Below are positions 41,273 through 57,100 of a stretch of DNA of 64,000 nt, in pieces. Source of the DNA: the human T2T-CHM13v2.0 reference genome, Homo sapiens. The notes below the pieces were generated by a model. It worked only from the letters and a program-made list of their open reading frames with translations. It had not been told where the DNA came from and did not search any database. The stretch lies in the NCBI RefSeq assembly GCF_009914755.1, contig NC_060926.1. One strand, written 5' to 3'. The position numbers and the translations under genes are program-made. The number at the start of each line of letters is the position of its first letter. The first letter of the stretch is position 1.

Positions 41273-42510
41273 TCAGAATGATGAGATAAAAATAATTGTC
41301 AGTTCTCAATTATATATTCAGAAAATGATTTTATGGGTGAATTTACTTATAATAAAATATGCATTTTGTTATGTCAATTAATAAAATGTACTACCAACAC
41401 ACCATACCAGCAACAATGCTACGATAATAGAAGTGTGCAGAGATTTAGAGCTGGTGCAAGGAAAAATCAGCATAATAGATTCTAAAATATTTTCATTATT
41501 TGGGATGGAGCTTAAGACATAAACTTTAGAGTTGGTTAACCGTGTATGTTAAAATTTAAAAGGTAACAAAATAAGTGGATGTAGATGCTTTATATTTTAT
41601 CAAGTAAAGGAAAAATGCAATAAATGATTACATTTTTAAAACTCCATTGACTGAAAAAGGAAGAAAATAAAATATGCGTTGAAAAATCAAGACAAAAATC
41701 AACGACTTAGCTGGCACAGTTAGACGATACAAACTAACAAATATATAAAAATTGGAAATAAAAAAAGAAAAAAGTTTGTCAATATTTACCGATAATAATA
41801 TTATTTAAACATAAATTTGATACAGCTTAGCTTATGGTAAAATGGAATAATGGGGACCAGATTTACTCTCCCAGTTGGAACAACTAAAAAATAATAGGAC
41901 GACACACATGAAACTGTTTCTGAAGACATTGCACATCAGACACTGAAGCAAAGGGATTCCTGAAAAAGATGAAAGACGCGCGGTGAGTACTCTGATTCCC
42001 ACAGCTTGTTACCTAGAAGGATGTCTCAGTTGTGGTGGAGGAGGGGAACCCTGGCAGGGGTTGAGGAGACAGTCCGGGATGGACAAGGCTATGGCAGCTC
42101 CCAGGACAGAGCCTTGGAAAGGAGCAAGTGGCACAGGCAGAATTCTGCAGAACTGTGGAGGGTTTCCCTTTAGTATTCACCAAACTTCTTGTCAGCACAT
42201 GAGTATGAAGGAAAAATCTGAAGAAACATCTCCCTAAGAGCATTAAAGTAATCAGTGCCCGTAGTTCATGAGAAGCTGGGAATAGTGCCTGTTCCCACCA
42301 GTCAGAGTAACGAACCACATAATGGACGAAACAGCAGACAGAGCAGTGCAGAAGGGTTTCACCCCAGTCAAGGCATAAAACAGACTAAATGCTTCTCTAG
42401 TCCCAACTTGCTAGTTGGGACTAGTTGAAAGGCCCAAAAGAATCAAATGGCTGTGCAGTAACCTAAACATATCCCAAAGCTTAAGAATAATTATAGAAAT
42501 GCAAAAATAT

Positions 42511-42893
<383 letters not shown>

Positions 42894-43353
42894 TCAGCAG
42901 GCATGCAAAGGAGCAGGCAAACGCACACTTGAGAATAAAGCTCAGTTAATATTAACTGACCAGAAATGACATGTGATAAAATTGGTTGATAAAATTGATA
43001 GATATGGACACTAAAAGATATATTGTAAATGTGTCCCATTTATTCAAGAATGAAGAGGTTGAGCTGAACATAAGTGGAGGCAAGGAAGATATAGGAAGAC
43101 AAAAATAAAGATTCTAGAGTTGAAAACTCCAGTGTCTAAGATGGAAAATACACTAGACGGAAATAATAACTGATTTATCATTGCCAAAAAAAGCATTAGT
43201 CAACTAGAAATATAATAATAAAAACTGTACACATTTAATGACAAGGAAAGGTCTGAAAAATGAACAGAGCGTCACTGAGATAGGGAACCCCTCAAGGGCT
43301 CTAGCAGACATATAATTAGAGTGAAGAAGAGGGAGAGAGATCATGAAAAATAA

Positions 43354-43656
43354 TTTTATTTATTTATTTTTTGAGACAGGGTCTCATTCCTGTTGCGCAG
43401 AGTGCAGTGCAGTACTGTGACTACAGCTCACTGCAGCCTTGACTTCCCGGGTACAAGCAATCCTCCCACCTAAGCCTCCTGCGTAGCTGGGACTTACAGG
43501 CACGTACCACCACACCCGGCTAATTTCTGCATTTTTAGTAGAGACAAGGTTTCACCATGTTAGCCAGGCTGATCTTGAACTCCTGACCTCAGATAATCCA
43601 CTCGCCTCAGCCTCCCTAAGTGCTGGGATTACAGGTGTGAGCCACTGTGCCCAGCC
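43354..43656 (-). mobile_element. Alu (J/early-S type)
   Basis: Antisense dimeric Alu with a (TTTA)n tail. Confidence 0.93.
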
Positions 43657-43773
43657 TGGAACATTTTTTATTTCAAATAGTATAAGTCAGAACACAGTGA
43701 AATAACATTGTTAAAGTACTGAATTTTTTTTTTTAAAGATAAAACCCAGTTGTCACCACTAGGATTCTCTACT

Positions 43774-43777
<4 letters not shown>

Positions 43778-43810
<33 letters not shown>
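43778..43810. repeat. Poly(A)33
   Basis: Uninterrupted A run inside the old L1. Confidence 0.95.
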
Positions 43811-43812
<2 letters not shown>

Positions 43813-45532
43813 CAAAAGTTAAGGCACAATGAAGACTTTTTACACATGCAAAGAAAACCTATACTATAAGAAATGATACAAGAAGAAAAAGAAAATTATA
43901 TCATGCAGAAAACAAATTCCCCATAAAGAATTCCAGAAATGTAACCACTTGTATATATAAAAAAGTTAGTTTTTCATATTGCTTAAAGCTCTTTACCAAT
44001 AATTGAATAGAATATTAAAAGAAAAATAACAAGAATTATATTGTGGGTTTGTAAAAAGTAGAATATAAAATAACAATAGAACCAAAAAAAAAAAGGAAGG
44101 AAAGAAAGTAAAAGTAAAATGTTTAAGAGTTCTATGTATACTTGGAATGATATAATCTCACTTGATAGTAGCCTGTAGTAAGTCAAAAATGCGTACTGTA
44201 AATTATGAATCAAATCATGAAATAACTCAACAATATGTTATACCAAATAAAGCAATAAATAAAATAAAATGGAATTGTTAAAATTCTGAATTTATCCAAA
44301 GGAATGAAACAAAGAGGAAAGAGGAACAAAGAAAAGATGGGACACATAGCAACAAACAGCAAAATGGTACATTAAACTTCAACATGCCAAATATCACATT
44401 TATTGTTGCATTAAATGTAACAATCAAATTAATAGGAGAATAGTTTTAGATTAAATAACTTAACAATCTTAACCATATGCTGATTACAGAAACCCAATTT
44501 CAGTATAAAGACAAATTGTTAAGTAAAATACACACTATCAAACTACAGATTGGAGTAGCTATATTAATTAGATGAAGTAGATTTTAGAACACAGATCATT
44601 ACTAGGAATGAAAACAATTTCCTAATGAGAAATTTTGTAACAAAAGGGCCAATTCACAAGGGGAAAAGCAGTCTTAGGTATTTTTGTACATAATAATGAA
44701 GCTTTAAAATATATAAAGAAACAAACTAGTAGAACTACAATGAGATCTCGAGAAATACACAGAAGTACTCAGACATTTTAATGCTTTTCTATAGTACATA
44801 GAATAAAGAGGCAGAAAAATCAGTAAAGATATAAAAGATTTAAATAGTATTGTAACCAACTTGATCTAGTTGATATTTATGAAACACCCTACCCACCCTC
44901 AGCATAATAAACACACTTTTCAATTGCACATGGAACATTAACTAAAATTAAATATATTCAGATTACTAAAACAAGTCTCAATACATTTAAAAATATTCAA
45001 ATCATAAAAAAGTGTTCTTAGACCACAGTAGAATTAAACTAGATAAACTAGATACACATAGAAACTGGCCAAGTATTTTAAAACTGAAAAATAATTCCTT
45101 AATTATTACATGTATTTGAGAAAGGATTTAAAAAGAATTAGAAAGTATTTTGAACTGAATGAAAAGGAAAATAGAAATGATTATAATTTTTGCTGTGTAG
45201 CTAGACTAGCAATTAGGAGGAACTTACAGCACTGATTACTGTATTAGAAAAGGTGAAATTCCTAAATCAGTGATTCCAGTATCTGCCTTAAGCCAGGCAA
45301 AGAAGAAAACAAAAAAGTAAAGAGCAGAAATCAATGTCAAAAGCTGATTCTACGAGAATCAATAAAACTGATAAACATTTCAGAACGATAAAAACAAAAA
45401 ACATAACAAATTACTAATATCAGGAACGAAAAGAGTGACATCTTTACAGGTCTAAAAGATATTTAAAAAGTAAGAGAAAACTATAAAACATTGAAATAAT
45501 TAAATTAAAAAGCTAAATACATCACGCACGTG

Positions 45533-45556
45533 CACACACACACACACACACACACA
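45533..45556. repeat. (CA)n microsatellite
   Basis: About 12 CA units. Confidence 0.9.
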
Positions 45557-46027
45557 GCCCTTGTTTTGGGTCCGAAGACTCAGTATTGTTAATATGTACA
45601 TTTCCACCAAATTGACTTATGATTCAAAGCATTGCAGTTAAAATCTCAGCATGATTTTTTTCAAAAACTGGATATTTGTTTTGAAAATTCATATGGAAGT
45701 TCAAAGGACCAGAACTTCCAAAACATCTTTTAAAAAAGAACACAGATGGAGGACTAACTATCTGATTTCAAGACTCTGTGGTGTTAAATGTAAATGACAT
45801 GTAGATCAATGGAATAGAAGAGTCCAGAAACAGACCTACCCATATATAGCCAACTGAAATTACCAAAAATGTGCAAAGGTAATTTAATGGAGAAATTGTA
45901 GACTTTTTCGTCAGTTTTCTGGTCATGACTGGGGATATGTATACAATAAAACAAAGCAAAAGAAAAGGAGGCCTTCAAACCCTAACTTGAACCTTATAAA
46001 AAATAAACTTAAAACTGATGATATATT

Positions 46028-46166
46028 GGCCGGGCATGGTGGCTCATGCTTGTAATCCCAGCCCTTTTAGAGGTAGAGATGGGTGGATCACTTGAGGTCA
46101 GGAGCTCCGGACTAGCCTGGCCAATGTGGTGAAACCCCATATCTACTAAAAATACAAAAAAAAAAA
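46028..46166 (+). mobile_element. Alu left monomer only (S-like), ending in the A-rich linker
   Basis: 'ggccgggcatggtggctc...ctactaaaaatacaaaaaaaaaaa'. TSD-like gatatatt on both sides. Confidence 0.9.
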
Positions 46167-47525
46167 TGGATATATTTAAATTTAAAAGTTAGAAAAACAT
46201 ATAAAACCTATTTTAAAATCCTGTAAATTTAAAAACCTACCATCAACAGCAAAAAATAGTAAGAAGAAAGCATAGTAGAAAATTGTTTTGACCTTAGGTT
46301 GGGCAAATATTTCTTAGATTTCAAATCAAAAACGCAATCCCTAAAGAACAAATTAAACAATTACACTTTTCAAAATTAAAACAACAGAAACAACAAATTT
46401 TGCTCTTTGGAACACACTCAAAAGCATGAGAACACGAGCCAAATACTGAGAGAAACAAATCATTGCAAATTAGATATCAAACAAAAAACCAGTATCTATG
46501 CTATCTTAAGAACTGTGACAACTCACTTAACTCAACTTTTTAAAAATGGGCAAAATATTATTTAAACAGATACTTCACCAAAAAAAAAATAAGAATGGCA
46601 AATTAGCACTTGAAAAGCTGTTCAACATTATGAATCATTAATGAAATAAAACGTAAAATTGAAATGTTAACTTATAAGTAATAATGATTTATTAGAACAC
46701 AATAATTAATGTATTAAATTTAAATAACTTAAAAAGATTCACTATAAAAAGTGTTGGCAAGGATATGAACACATTAGAACTCTCAAATACCAGCTGGTGA
46801 AAATGTGAAATAGTCCAACAAATTTGGAAATCAGTTTTGCTGTTTTCTGAAGTGCTCAACGTGCACCTGCATATGATCCAGCCATTCTACGCTTATACAG
46901 CTACCCAACGGAAATTAAAGTGCATGACCATACAAGTCTGGTACATGAATGTTCAAAGCAGATTTATTTGAAATAGGTAAAAACTGAAACTAACATAACC
47001 ACCAAAAGTTGAACTAACAAACACGTTTTTAAATACCCATCCAATAAAATATTACTCAGCAGTAAAAATGAATGAACAGTAGGTACGTGAAACAAGATAA
47101 ATGCATTTCCAATAAGTATGCAGAATTTAAATGGCCAAAAATGTGTTAACTTTATTATTACATTTATATAAAGTTTTACGGGATGCAAGCTAATCTATAG
47201 TGACACATTGCAGATCCTTGGTTACGGATAACGAGGTGGGAGGAGGAACAGGAGGAAGGGAATAGAAAGCATCACTAAGCATTGGGGTGAGGAATCTGCT
47301 CTATGGATTTTGGTGATGGTTTCATGCATTCATATATGAGTTGAAACTTGTCAGATTGTGCATTTGAAATATGCTTAGTTTCTTTTACAGAAATCACACC
47401 TCGAGAAAGCTGTTATAATAGATTTGGGGAAACATATTAGGAAACACTGTTATGACCATCAGTATATCACAAAAACTACAATTCTTACAAGAAGTCAACC
47501 AAAGATCCACTGGATAAACTTGTTA

Positions 47526-47872
<347 letters not shown>

Positions 47873-47879
47873 AAACATA

Positions 47880-48560
47880 AATGGCACACTGGAAGAAGAT
47901 ATAACAATATGTGTTAACAACAAAAGATCCCTAAATAAACAGCAACAAATAGCCCAGTGGAAACTGGAAAAATGACAGAAACAATGATTTCACAGAATAG
48001 GAAACAGTGATAACATACACACTAACCTCATTCTCAGGCAGAAAACGATTCATATTTTATCCACAATAATTTGCCATTCTATAGAGGCTAAATTGAAAAT
48101 AAATTAAGAAGTCTGATAATACCAAGTAGTAGAGAGGATAAGCTTTTAAATGATGTCATTGCATAAATTTCTCCAAGAAATTTGAGGAAATTATTTGACA
48201 CAATACGATGTAAACTAGTATTTACTGGAAATCTGACCCAGCAAATATTTTCCCAGGTATGTGCCCTAGGGAAAATTTCACAAATGTGCAGCTAGAGACA
48301 TATGCAAAAACTTGTTCATAATAGCATTGTTCTTAGTAATAAGAATTGGAACCTAAATGTTCATAATGGAAGAATGGAAATATAAGTACAAAAAGGTGTA
48401 TTATACAGTGATGAAAATGAGTGCACTACAGTTACATGTAATAGCATCCACGGTGATTAAAGACAAACTAGTCAGTGAAAATAACAAGTTCTATATAACT
48501 ATGTATGGTAAGATACCATTTTGTTTATGTTAATAAAAAGAATTAAAATTAAGCTAGAAA
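47880..48560 (+). mobile_element. Old L1ME-type 3' fragment
   Basis: 'aagtctgataataccaagt', 'tgacccagcaa', 'gttcataatagcattgtt...aattggaacctaaatgttca'. Confidence 0.6.
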
Positions 48561-48603
48561 GATATATCATATGTTATCGAATATATTTTTGAAAGCAAAT
48601 GAA

Positions 48604-48901
48604 GGCTGGGAGCAGTGGCTCACACCTGTAATCCTAGCACTTTGGGAGGCTGAGGCGGGCATATCATCTGAGATCAGGAGTTCAAGACCAGTCTGGCCAA
48701 TGTGGTGAAATCCCATCTTAACTAAAAATACAAAAATTAGCTCGGCGTGGTGGTGGGCACCTGCAATCCCAGCTACTCAGGAGGCTGAGGCAGGAGAATC
48801 TCTTGAACCCAGGAGGTAGAGGTTGCAGTGAGCTGAGATCTTACTGCTGCACTCCAGCCTGGATGACAGAGGGAAACTCTGTCTCAAAAAAAAAAAAAAA
48901 A
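48604..48901 (+). mobile_element. AluS (Sx/Sq-like)
   Basis: Dimeric Alu with A tail. Short TSD aaatgaa. Confidence 0.95.
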
Positions 48902-49123
48902 TTAAATGAATAACAAACACAAAGTTTAGAATAATTATGACCTTGGAGGAGGAGGCTAGAGAATCAATAGGGTAAGAAAGGAGTGCTTGAATAGATTCAG
49001 TAGAGGGATAATGTAGACATCTTGTGTGAAACGGTGGATTCCTAGTGTTCATTGTATTATGCTTCCTAACCCACGTACATTACACATATTCCTCATATTC
49101 ATCATATTAAAAACCTACAAGGC

Positions 49124-49464
<341 letters not shown>

Positions 49465-49715
49465 TTAGAGGGTAAGAAATACAAATGACAGGCTACTTGT
49501 GAAAGGCTGTTCTTCACTTATAGATTTGGGGAGAGGAGATGGGAAAATACACTGACTTTGGGGGAAGGGTGATCAGTGGTCCATTTTCAATGCTGGGTTT
49601 CTTCTAAACACTCCTATTAACCCATTCCCCACAAGCGCTCTTTCATAGACACTTCTTTGTAGACAAAGTATAAGGCACTTAAGATATCCTTTATAATCCT
49701 AGGCCTACATTCCTA

Positions 49716-50228
49716 TGTCAGGGGGATTTCAGGGATCCCCAAGATTCAACACTCCCATAATGACTCCCAGGACTCAGCATATAGTTGTACTCATAGCTAA
49801 CATTTCTTACAGTTAAAGGATAAAATGCAAAATCAGAGAAAGGAAAGAATTTGGAAGAAAATTAGATGCAAGTTTCCAAGCATTCTCTCCCAGTGAGGTT
49901 GCACAGGACACACTTGCCAGCAATGTGTCCTGATAACATATGGGAATGCTGTCTTCCAGAGAAGCACGTTAAAGACTCAGCACCCAGCATCTTCACTGGG
50001 GGCTGGTCACATAGGCACCCACTGTCTAGCTCATACCCACACTCAAGACCTCCAGAAAGAAAGTTCAGCACAGACCATTCTGCGTGCACTGGTCAGGCTC
50101 AGTGAGCCACTCTTACCATTCAGGGAAGATGTTATAAGAGCTTGGGCAGCTGGTCACCAGCCAAGTTCTCAGACCCCAGACAAGGGCCAGTTTCCTTTCT
50201 ATGGAGGACGGTCTCAGCCTGCCCCACA
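49716..50228 (-). mobile_element. MER21 (MER21C-like) LTR
   Basis: 'caggactcagcatatagttgtactcatagcta...ctgggggctggtcacataggcaccc...cagtgagccactctta...caagggcca'. Confidence 0.75.
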
Positions 50229-51164
50229 GGAGACCCCCCAGAATCTAAGTACAAAAATGAAATAATTAATCAAACGTTTTGGTTCCAGAATGGATTATAC
50301 TAGCCTGAGAGACATGTACGAGAGCATTCTTGAGTTTCTTTTAGGAGAAGGAGAAAAACAGTGGACCCTGTATTGGGGTCAGAAACTCCAGGGGCAGGGC
50401 CTATCATCCTTTCTCCCAAGGAGATGGCAGTACATCCAGGGCAACCAGCCATAGACAGAAAAAACACCAGTGATACATGGGCTCCCTACCAGCTCAAGAG
50501 AAATAGATGTGTCACGACCAAGTTAAAAAAAATGTTAACTATATTCTAACCAGTCTCTCTGCTTTTACATGATTCCCATACAAACCATTTACTCTACATT
50601 TAGGAAACAGGTTATTACTGCTAAACATGCTTCCAAAGCCCATACAATTAAGCAATGAGACAAACATGATTTAGTATAATGCAGGGTGAATTATCACATG
50701 CCTGTTAGGTGCTGATTATTTTACTTAAGTTTAAATATAACGATGTGGAGGGGGAAAATGGACATTTACTAGAAATTTGAGCAAGATACAGAATTATCAA
50801 TTCTTAAAAAACATTATGTACCTTAACATTGGATTCCAAGAAATGATGCATTTTTAATCACTAATGTGATGTGACACATGTCAACAGCAGGGAAAGGGTT
50901 ACATCAGTTATGCTGTTCTAGGAGTAGTCAGCACTGAAGAATTCCTGCACCTCAGGAAAATCTAAACACGTTCATAGCAAAAAAAAAAGAGATAGGATTT
51001 ACATATTTTCAAACAATAAAACCAACATGTTTCACTAAGTAAGCTAAAAGGACAATTAAAAAATATAAAGAGAATAAGAAAGTCACGTATAATCCCACTC
51101 TCTAAAGAAAACTGCTGTTTCTATTTTATTGTATTTCATTTAAAGCTCTCTTTGATTTATATGT

Positions 51165-51240
51165 TGTATATATATGTTCTGTCTCTATGCATGTTTATAT
51201 ATATATATATACATATATATGCATGTTTATACATGTACAT
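51165..51240. repeat. (TA)/(TATG) low-complexity tract
   Basis: 'tatgcatgtttatatatatatatatacatatatatgcatgtttatac'. Confidence 0.75.
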
Positions 51241-53752
51241 AGTGTGGTTATATAAAAGCTGAAGGACTTTTTTTTTTTTGCTTTTAACTAAAAAATCATT
51301 TAAAATAAAGATCTGTAATAGAACCCTCCCAATTACAAGAAAAAGAAATTAAGAAGCCCAAGGCTAAAATCGTAACCCATGTCACTTGCTTATATCTTTA
51401 ATCAGTAATTAAATAATTTTGCTAATTTTGTTCAACAGGAGTTTCTTTCTTAATGGCCTGCAGTCATTCAGCTAGATCAATGATTTAATCATGTTATCAT
51501 GCCACCAGCTTGGTCTGAAATCCTTTTGTGGGATTCTCTACAGTTCATGGTGGCATATTTTCGGTTAAAATGACCTGAAGTGCTCAAGAAAATCTCATAT
51601 ATTCACCAAATAATGATCTGGACCTAGACTATACATACTAAAATCTCTTCGATCCACTTTTCATCTACAAGGAAGCAGTTTCAAGAGCACAATGAGTATG
51701 GTTTGTTACACAGAAATTGCCATCTTCTAAGTATTATAACGGTCTGTTCATGTACTCTTGCATTTTCATGCATTCCCACAAATTTGGTTACAATTAAAAA
51801 TAATTATGCCTGCAATAAAAAACATAATTATGTCTTGAAAATAATTCTGGCCATTTTATCTTACTGTGGGTTTAGTGTTGAATCTATCTGTGCTAAAATC
51901 ACCTGGGAAATCCAGAATGTTCTCAATATTTTTATATAATTTGAAGGCATAGTTATTTTTCATAGACGCTTAATTTTTTTCCACTTACATCACAAATGTT
52001 TACTAATGTTAAAAAAATAAAAAGAAAACATGCAAAATGACAGATCTGGATTATCATAAATATTATAGTCATCACAAAGTATCATTAAAAAATTGTTGAT
52101 GTTTATCAGTCATATAAGAAGAAAACTACATTACCCCTGTCCCGAAGTAGCAGATATTATCTTGACAGTAGTAAGTAAACTAGCAAAATGTCTAAGATAA
52201 AATGCTCCAATTTGGATTGAAGAAACTGAGCTATCTGTCTTTGCTTCTAATAAAAAATCCTTCTCATCATATTTCCAAGCCTGCTGTATGAATTCATGTT
52301 TACATATTATGCTACATCAATGAAAATATGAATGATATTTTACATATACGTATATGTATGTATGCATGTATCTATGTGTGTGTATGTGTGCGGGTTCATA
52401 CATACACATGCACACAGGTGTATATATAAATATGATGCACAAATTTGAAATTGTACAGTATTTTATGGATATTTTCTTAGTAAATGTTCACAGCAAAATA
52501 ACATTGAGGGTCGTGTATTAGTATCGACATTCTAAAGATGAGAAAGAACAGGCTAACAACAAATGCATGACCTGTCCGTCGTGGGCGCAGGGTAAATTGT
52601 CTTTCCTTCCTTTTCACTGCCTCGGTGTCTGGCTCTTAACAAACAAGACGTGGTCTTTGGCCCAGTTGCAATTAGTTGTACTTTCTTATTTCGCACACAG
52701 CACTTTCATGAGCTGTGAACATATGCCCCTTTCAGTGTGGCCGGTCCACCTGGGTTCTCTATGAGCAAGAACCACTTCATTCACATTTACAGGGCATTGT
52801 GATTGTTAGTATCATTGTCAACCTGGCTGTTTCCCGCAATGAACTGTGAGCCCATGGAGCACATATCACGGCGTGCCTCCATCTCCAGTGTTTGCAATGG
52901 CGGTACTCTTGCTGCCAGGTAGGTCTCATCTCAAGCATCACCTCCTTTCTTCTGACCTCTTAAAGTATTACCTCCAGGTTGCATTTCTTCACTGAGTTCA
53001 TCAATATAAAATCACCTCCTATGTGTCTGCTGCCTGTTTATTATCCGTCTCCCCTCCGGAGCTCTGGCTTGCTTGCTTCAGTGCTCTCAGCATGCAGAAC
53101 CGTGCCTTGTGTATGAAGTGCTTGAAAGGATTATTGCAAACCATTAATAATTTTTTATTGTTTGTAAAGAATAAATAAACATGATTTTTTGAACAGCAAA
53201 AATACCATGGATATTTGATGTTAACTGCCTCCATATGCCATGTTCACATGTTCACATACTGTGTCCTGTTGTCACTTAAAGACCAGATATAAGTGGCCTC
53301 CCCTGGGTTTGTTTACAAGAATGGGGGAGGCCCCATGGAAGAGGTAGTATGTGCACACTTTCAATGAGTTTTGAGATCAACGTTACTATCCCATTGTACA
53401 TATGTGAAAATGAAGCTCATGTATTTTGAAAAACTTGCCAGGATGCACCTGTCACTGGAAACAGCTAAATGTAAATCTCAGGTTGCAATGACTCCAAGTG
53501 CAAAGTTGTTCAGCTCTCCATGCTAGGTTAGGGAAATACTGAGGGGCAGATGGCCTCCCAGTCAGCTCCACCAGGGCTGGCTGTCAGGTGTGCCCATGCA
53601 TTGGTGCTGTCTCTGTATCCCCACTGAAGCCCACAGCAGAGGCTGCATGTGTGCTCACATACACATTTATTCATTCATTGTATTTCTGTTTATGGATCTA
53701 ATAACTATTAAATTTTATACAGGTGTTTTTATCACTTAAAAAATCCTTAGAC

Positions 53753-54131
<379 letters not shown>

Positions 54132-57100
54132 TCACTGAGATTTCAAATTTACAAATGCCATTGACAACACCTTCTTTGTCTCTTTCAAACTGATTTTTCT
54201 GGGAAATCCCTGTTCTGAATAATAGAGGCCTTGAAATTCACTTGATGGTGATTTGGACTCACCTAGCTCCTTATTCTGAAGAATTTTTTTTCAGTATATT
54301 AGATGTTTTTCTCCTCTCTGATGTGTCTCCATCATTCACCAGCCCACAAATACCTGGGCTGGAGGGTAGGGGAGTGGGTCCTGTGGCTCATAAAAAGTGC
54401 CTTTTGCCTCTGGTTAGAATACCTCCACTAGTCCAGGTCCACACTTGTAAGAGAGATCTCAGTACACCAAAAGCTGTGCAAATTAAAATAACTACAAAAG
54501 TGAGAGATTTTAAATCATATATTTTAAGTCCTGATTAAGAAAATTCTGAACCCTTAGCTTGATGAAAAAGGCTGAGGATAAAAAATTACTAACTTTATAC
54601 ATCAACAACAATCCAGTGGCAAAAAGAATGACACTGATGCTTTCTGATTTGAAGGAATTAAACTAAGACCAGTTGATGGAATGTCTTAGGAAATTTTTGA
54701 CTTCTTTGTAAAATATAACTATCTAAAAATCTAAGTTGTCCAGAGATGGAAAGGAAACGCTGACTTTTCTGTTAACAGAAGAAGAAAACATTGTTTGGTA
54801 ATTACCATGAGAAAAGCAATGTGCTGGATTTTTAAATTTTGTTTATGTTTTGTTTTATTGTTGCTATTATTATTCCACAAAAAGCTAATGAGGAAAATAA
54901 TTACATGCTCAATTTTCAAGGTGAAAAGCTGACTCAGAAAAACTAGACAAATTGCCAGCTAATCCATGATAAAGCCAGTATTCAAATCTTGATCCTGGAC
55001 ACTGCATCTCATATTACCTTTATCCTCCATACTCTAGTCAAGGTATACCTTCAATTACTAATTTTTTGTGTGTAGAAAAATTTCAAAACATAGTGTTAAT
55101 AGACAACAAAAATTCAGATTTGGCACATCTATAGGTCCCAGTTGTTAATAATCCTAAAGGTTTCAATCACATTCAGGGTTTTTTTTGAGGATACTATGTG
55201 GTGACCCAGAGGAGAACTGCTGCTCACAGTCCACCCCGCCTGGGGCTGGTGTGCTTCCTGGCAAACACTCACACTATTTGTTTGTTAATAAATCCAGGAG
55301 CTCAGTCATCAGTTGACCATGACAGCAACTCTGATTTCAGACTTGCAAAATTATTTAACTTTTAAAAATAATAATTGAGAGTTAAGTATTATATTTACTC
55401 AAATGTGGAAAGGGGAACACAAATTCTAATCCATTTATGTTTTAGGTCCACTTGTGTTATTAAATATAAGTGGATTGTCAGAGGAACAACCGGTAGCTCA
55501 CAGAGATAGGAACTAAAGACAGCAACATGGCGGTGGGTTCATGTCACCTCTGATTATTGGATGCATATGGGCCTGAAGACAAATTCTTTAGTGAGGTACA
55601 TTCTGGATCAAGCTTAGATTTAAGGGACAAAAAGACCCACAGTTGGACCTAAAGTGTTGTGTGGTTAAGAGGATTAAAGGGTCTTTGAAGAAACACCAAT
55701 GGCTCCCAATGAGTGATCACTGAGTGAGCTACCTAAATGGGAAGAAACACTGCAGAACTCTATGAGATCTGGAAGGCATGGGGCAGATGTACTCTCAAAG
55801 TAGGTGGCTCAAATTCTCCTGAAGCCAAATCATTTCTAAGATTTTCCAGGTATCATTTGTGCAGAACTTGACACTGTGAAACACTTTCACCTACTTAAGT
55901 ATATGTCAGCTCACTATATACAGCACTGTGGGGGAAGGTAGATTGGGCCTTTGCTTTCAAGCATCTGTCCTGTCATTGGAAAAATAAATAGAATAGAACT
56001 AGGATATCTCAGCAGCCTAAGTGAAGCATTATTTATTTTGAAATATATTATGAAAATTAATAATAACAATAGGGACTTCCAGTAATGAAATCTATCTTGT
56101 ACTCAAAATTGTGGCAGACGTAAGAACAACATGGCTATACTGTCCTAATTTTGCTGGTGAGTTATCAGTGGCATAGTAGGTGATTTACTGAAAAGCCACT
56201 GAATGGTTCATAATACTAAGGTAGTAAGCAAGAATGTCTGCTCCCAAAGCCCATGTTCTTTGCAATCCACAACGTTGTAAGGAGTTTCTATAGCTGTAAG
56301 GTCATCCTGAATTCTTCTTTTGTTGATTATCAGAGGTCAAAGTACTAGGAGTTCCTCCTGACCAGCTTGTTTCCATGTAATGCCAGGCTTTCCCGAGGCT
56401 CTGACTTCTTTCTGAGAGCAATCTCAATCTCATGTGTTGCCACATGCAAATCTCGTGGGTATCACTAGTTTCCTAGATATTTTTAATCGTTAGTAGGCAT
56501 TTGTTTAATGCCCGTTTTATTGTACGGTGCCTAACAGAAAATATTCACCACAAACATCTGAAATGTTTGCAAAATTAATCATCACCTTTATTTACAGGTA
56601 TGGAGCAGCTGATTTTTTTCCTTAATAATTTTTTCTTTTAAATTCCTTGACTAAATTTAAAGTAGTAGAAAACAGACTAAAATTTTAAAAATAATAACTA
56701 GAAATAAATAATAATCTGAAACTTTCAAGTTGTTATTCAGAAATTATTTTTATTTTCCTTTTTCTGGTTGTTTTACTTAGGCATTATTTAACAGTATTGT
56801 TTGCTCATTTTTCAGTGTAATCACATAATAAGTTTAATAAATAGATTTGAAAAGTTTTAAAAAACGCAATTATTAACTTAAGCTCACTCCAAGTCATTAA
56901 TACAATGGTTAAACTTGAGAAGATTTTCCTCTAAGAACTAAAAATCTCCCCGAAGAAGGCCAACATGAACTAATTTGGTAAAAACACGAAGATATATATA
57001 TTTTTTAATTTATAAGGAGATTTTTCCATAAAATATTCATCTAAACTCGAGTTGTTCTTCAAGATATTTTTCTTCTTAAATCAGACAGTCAGCTTCAGAA

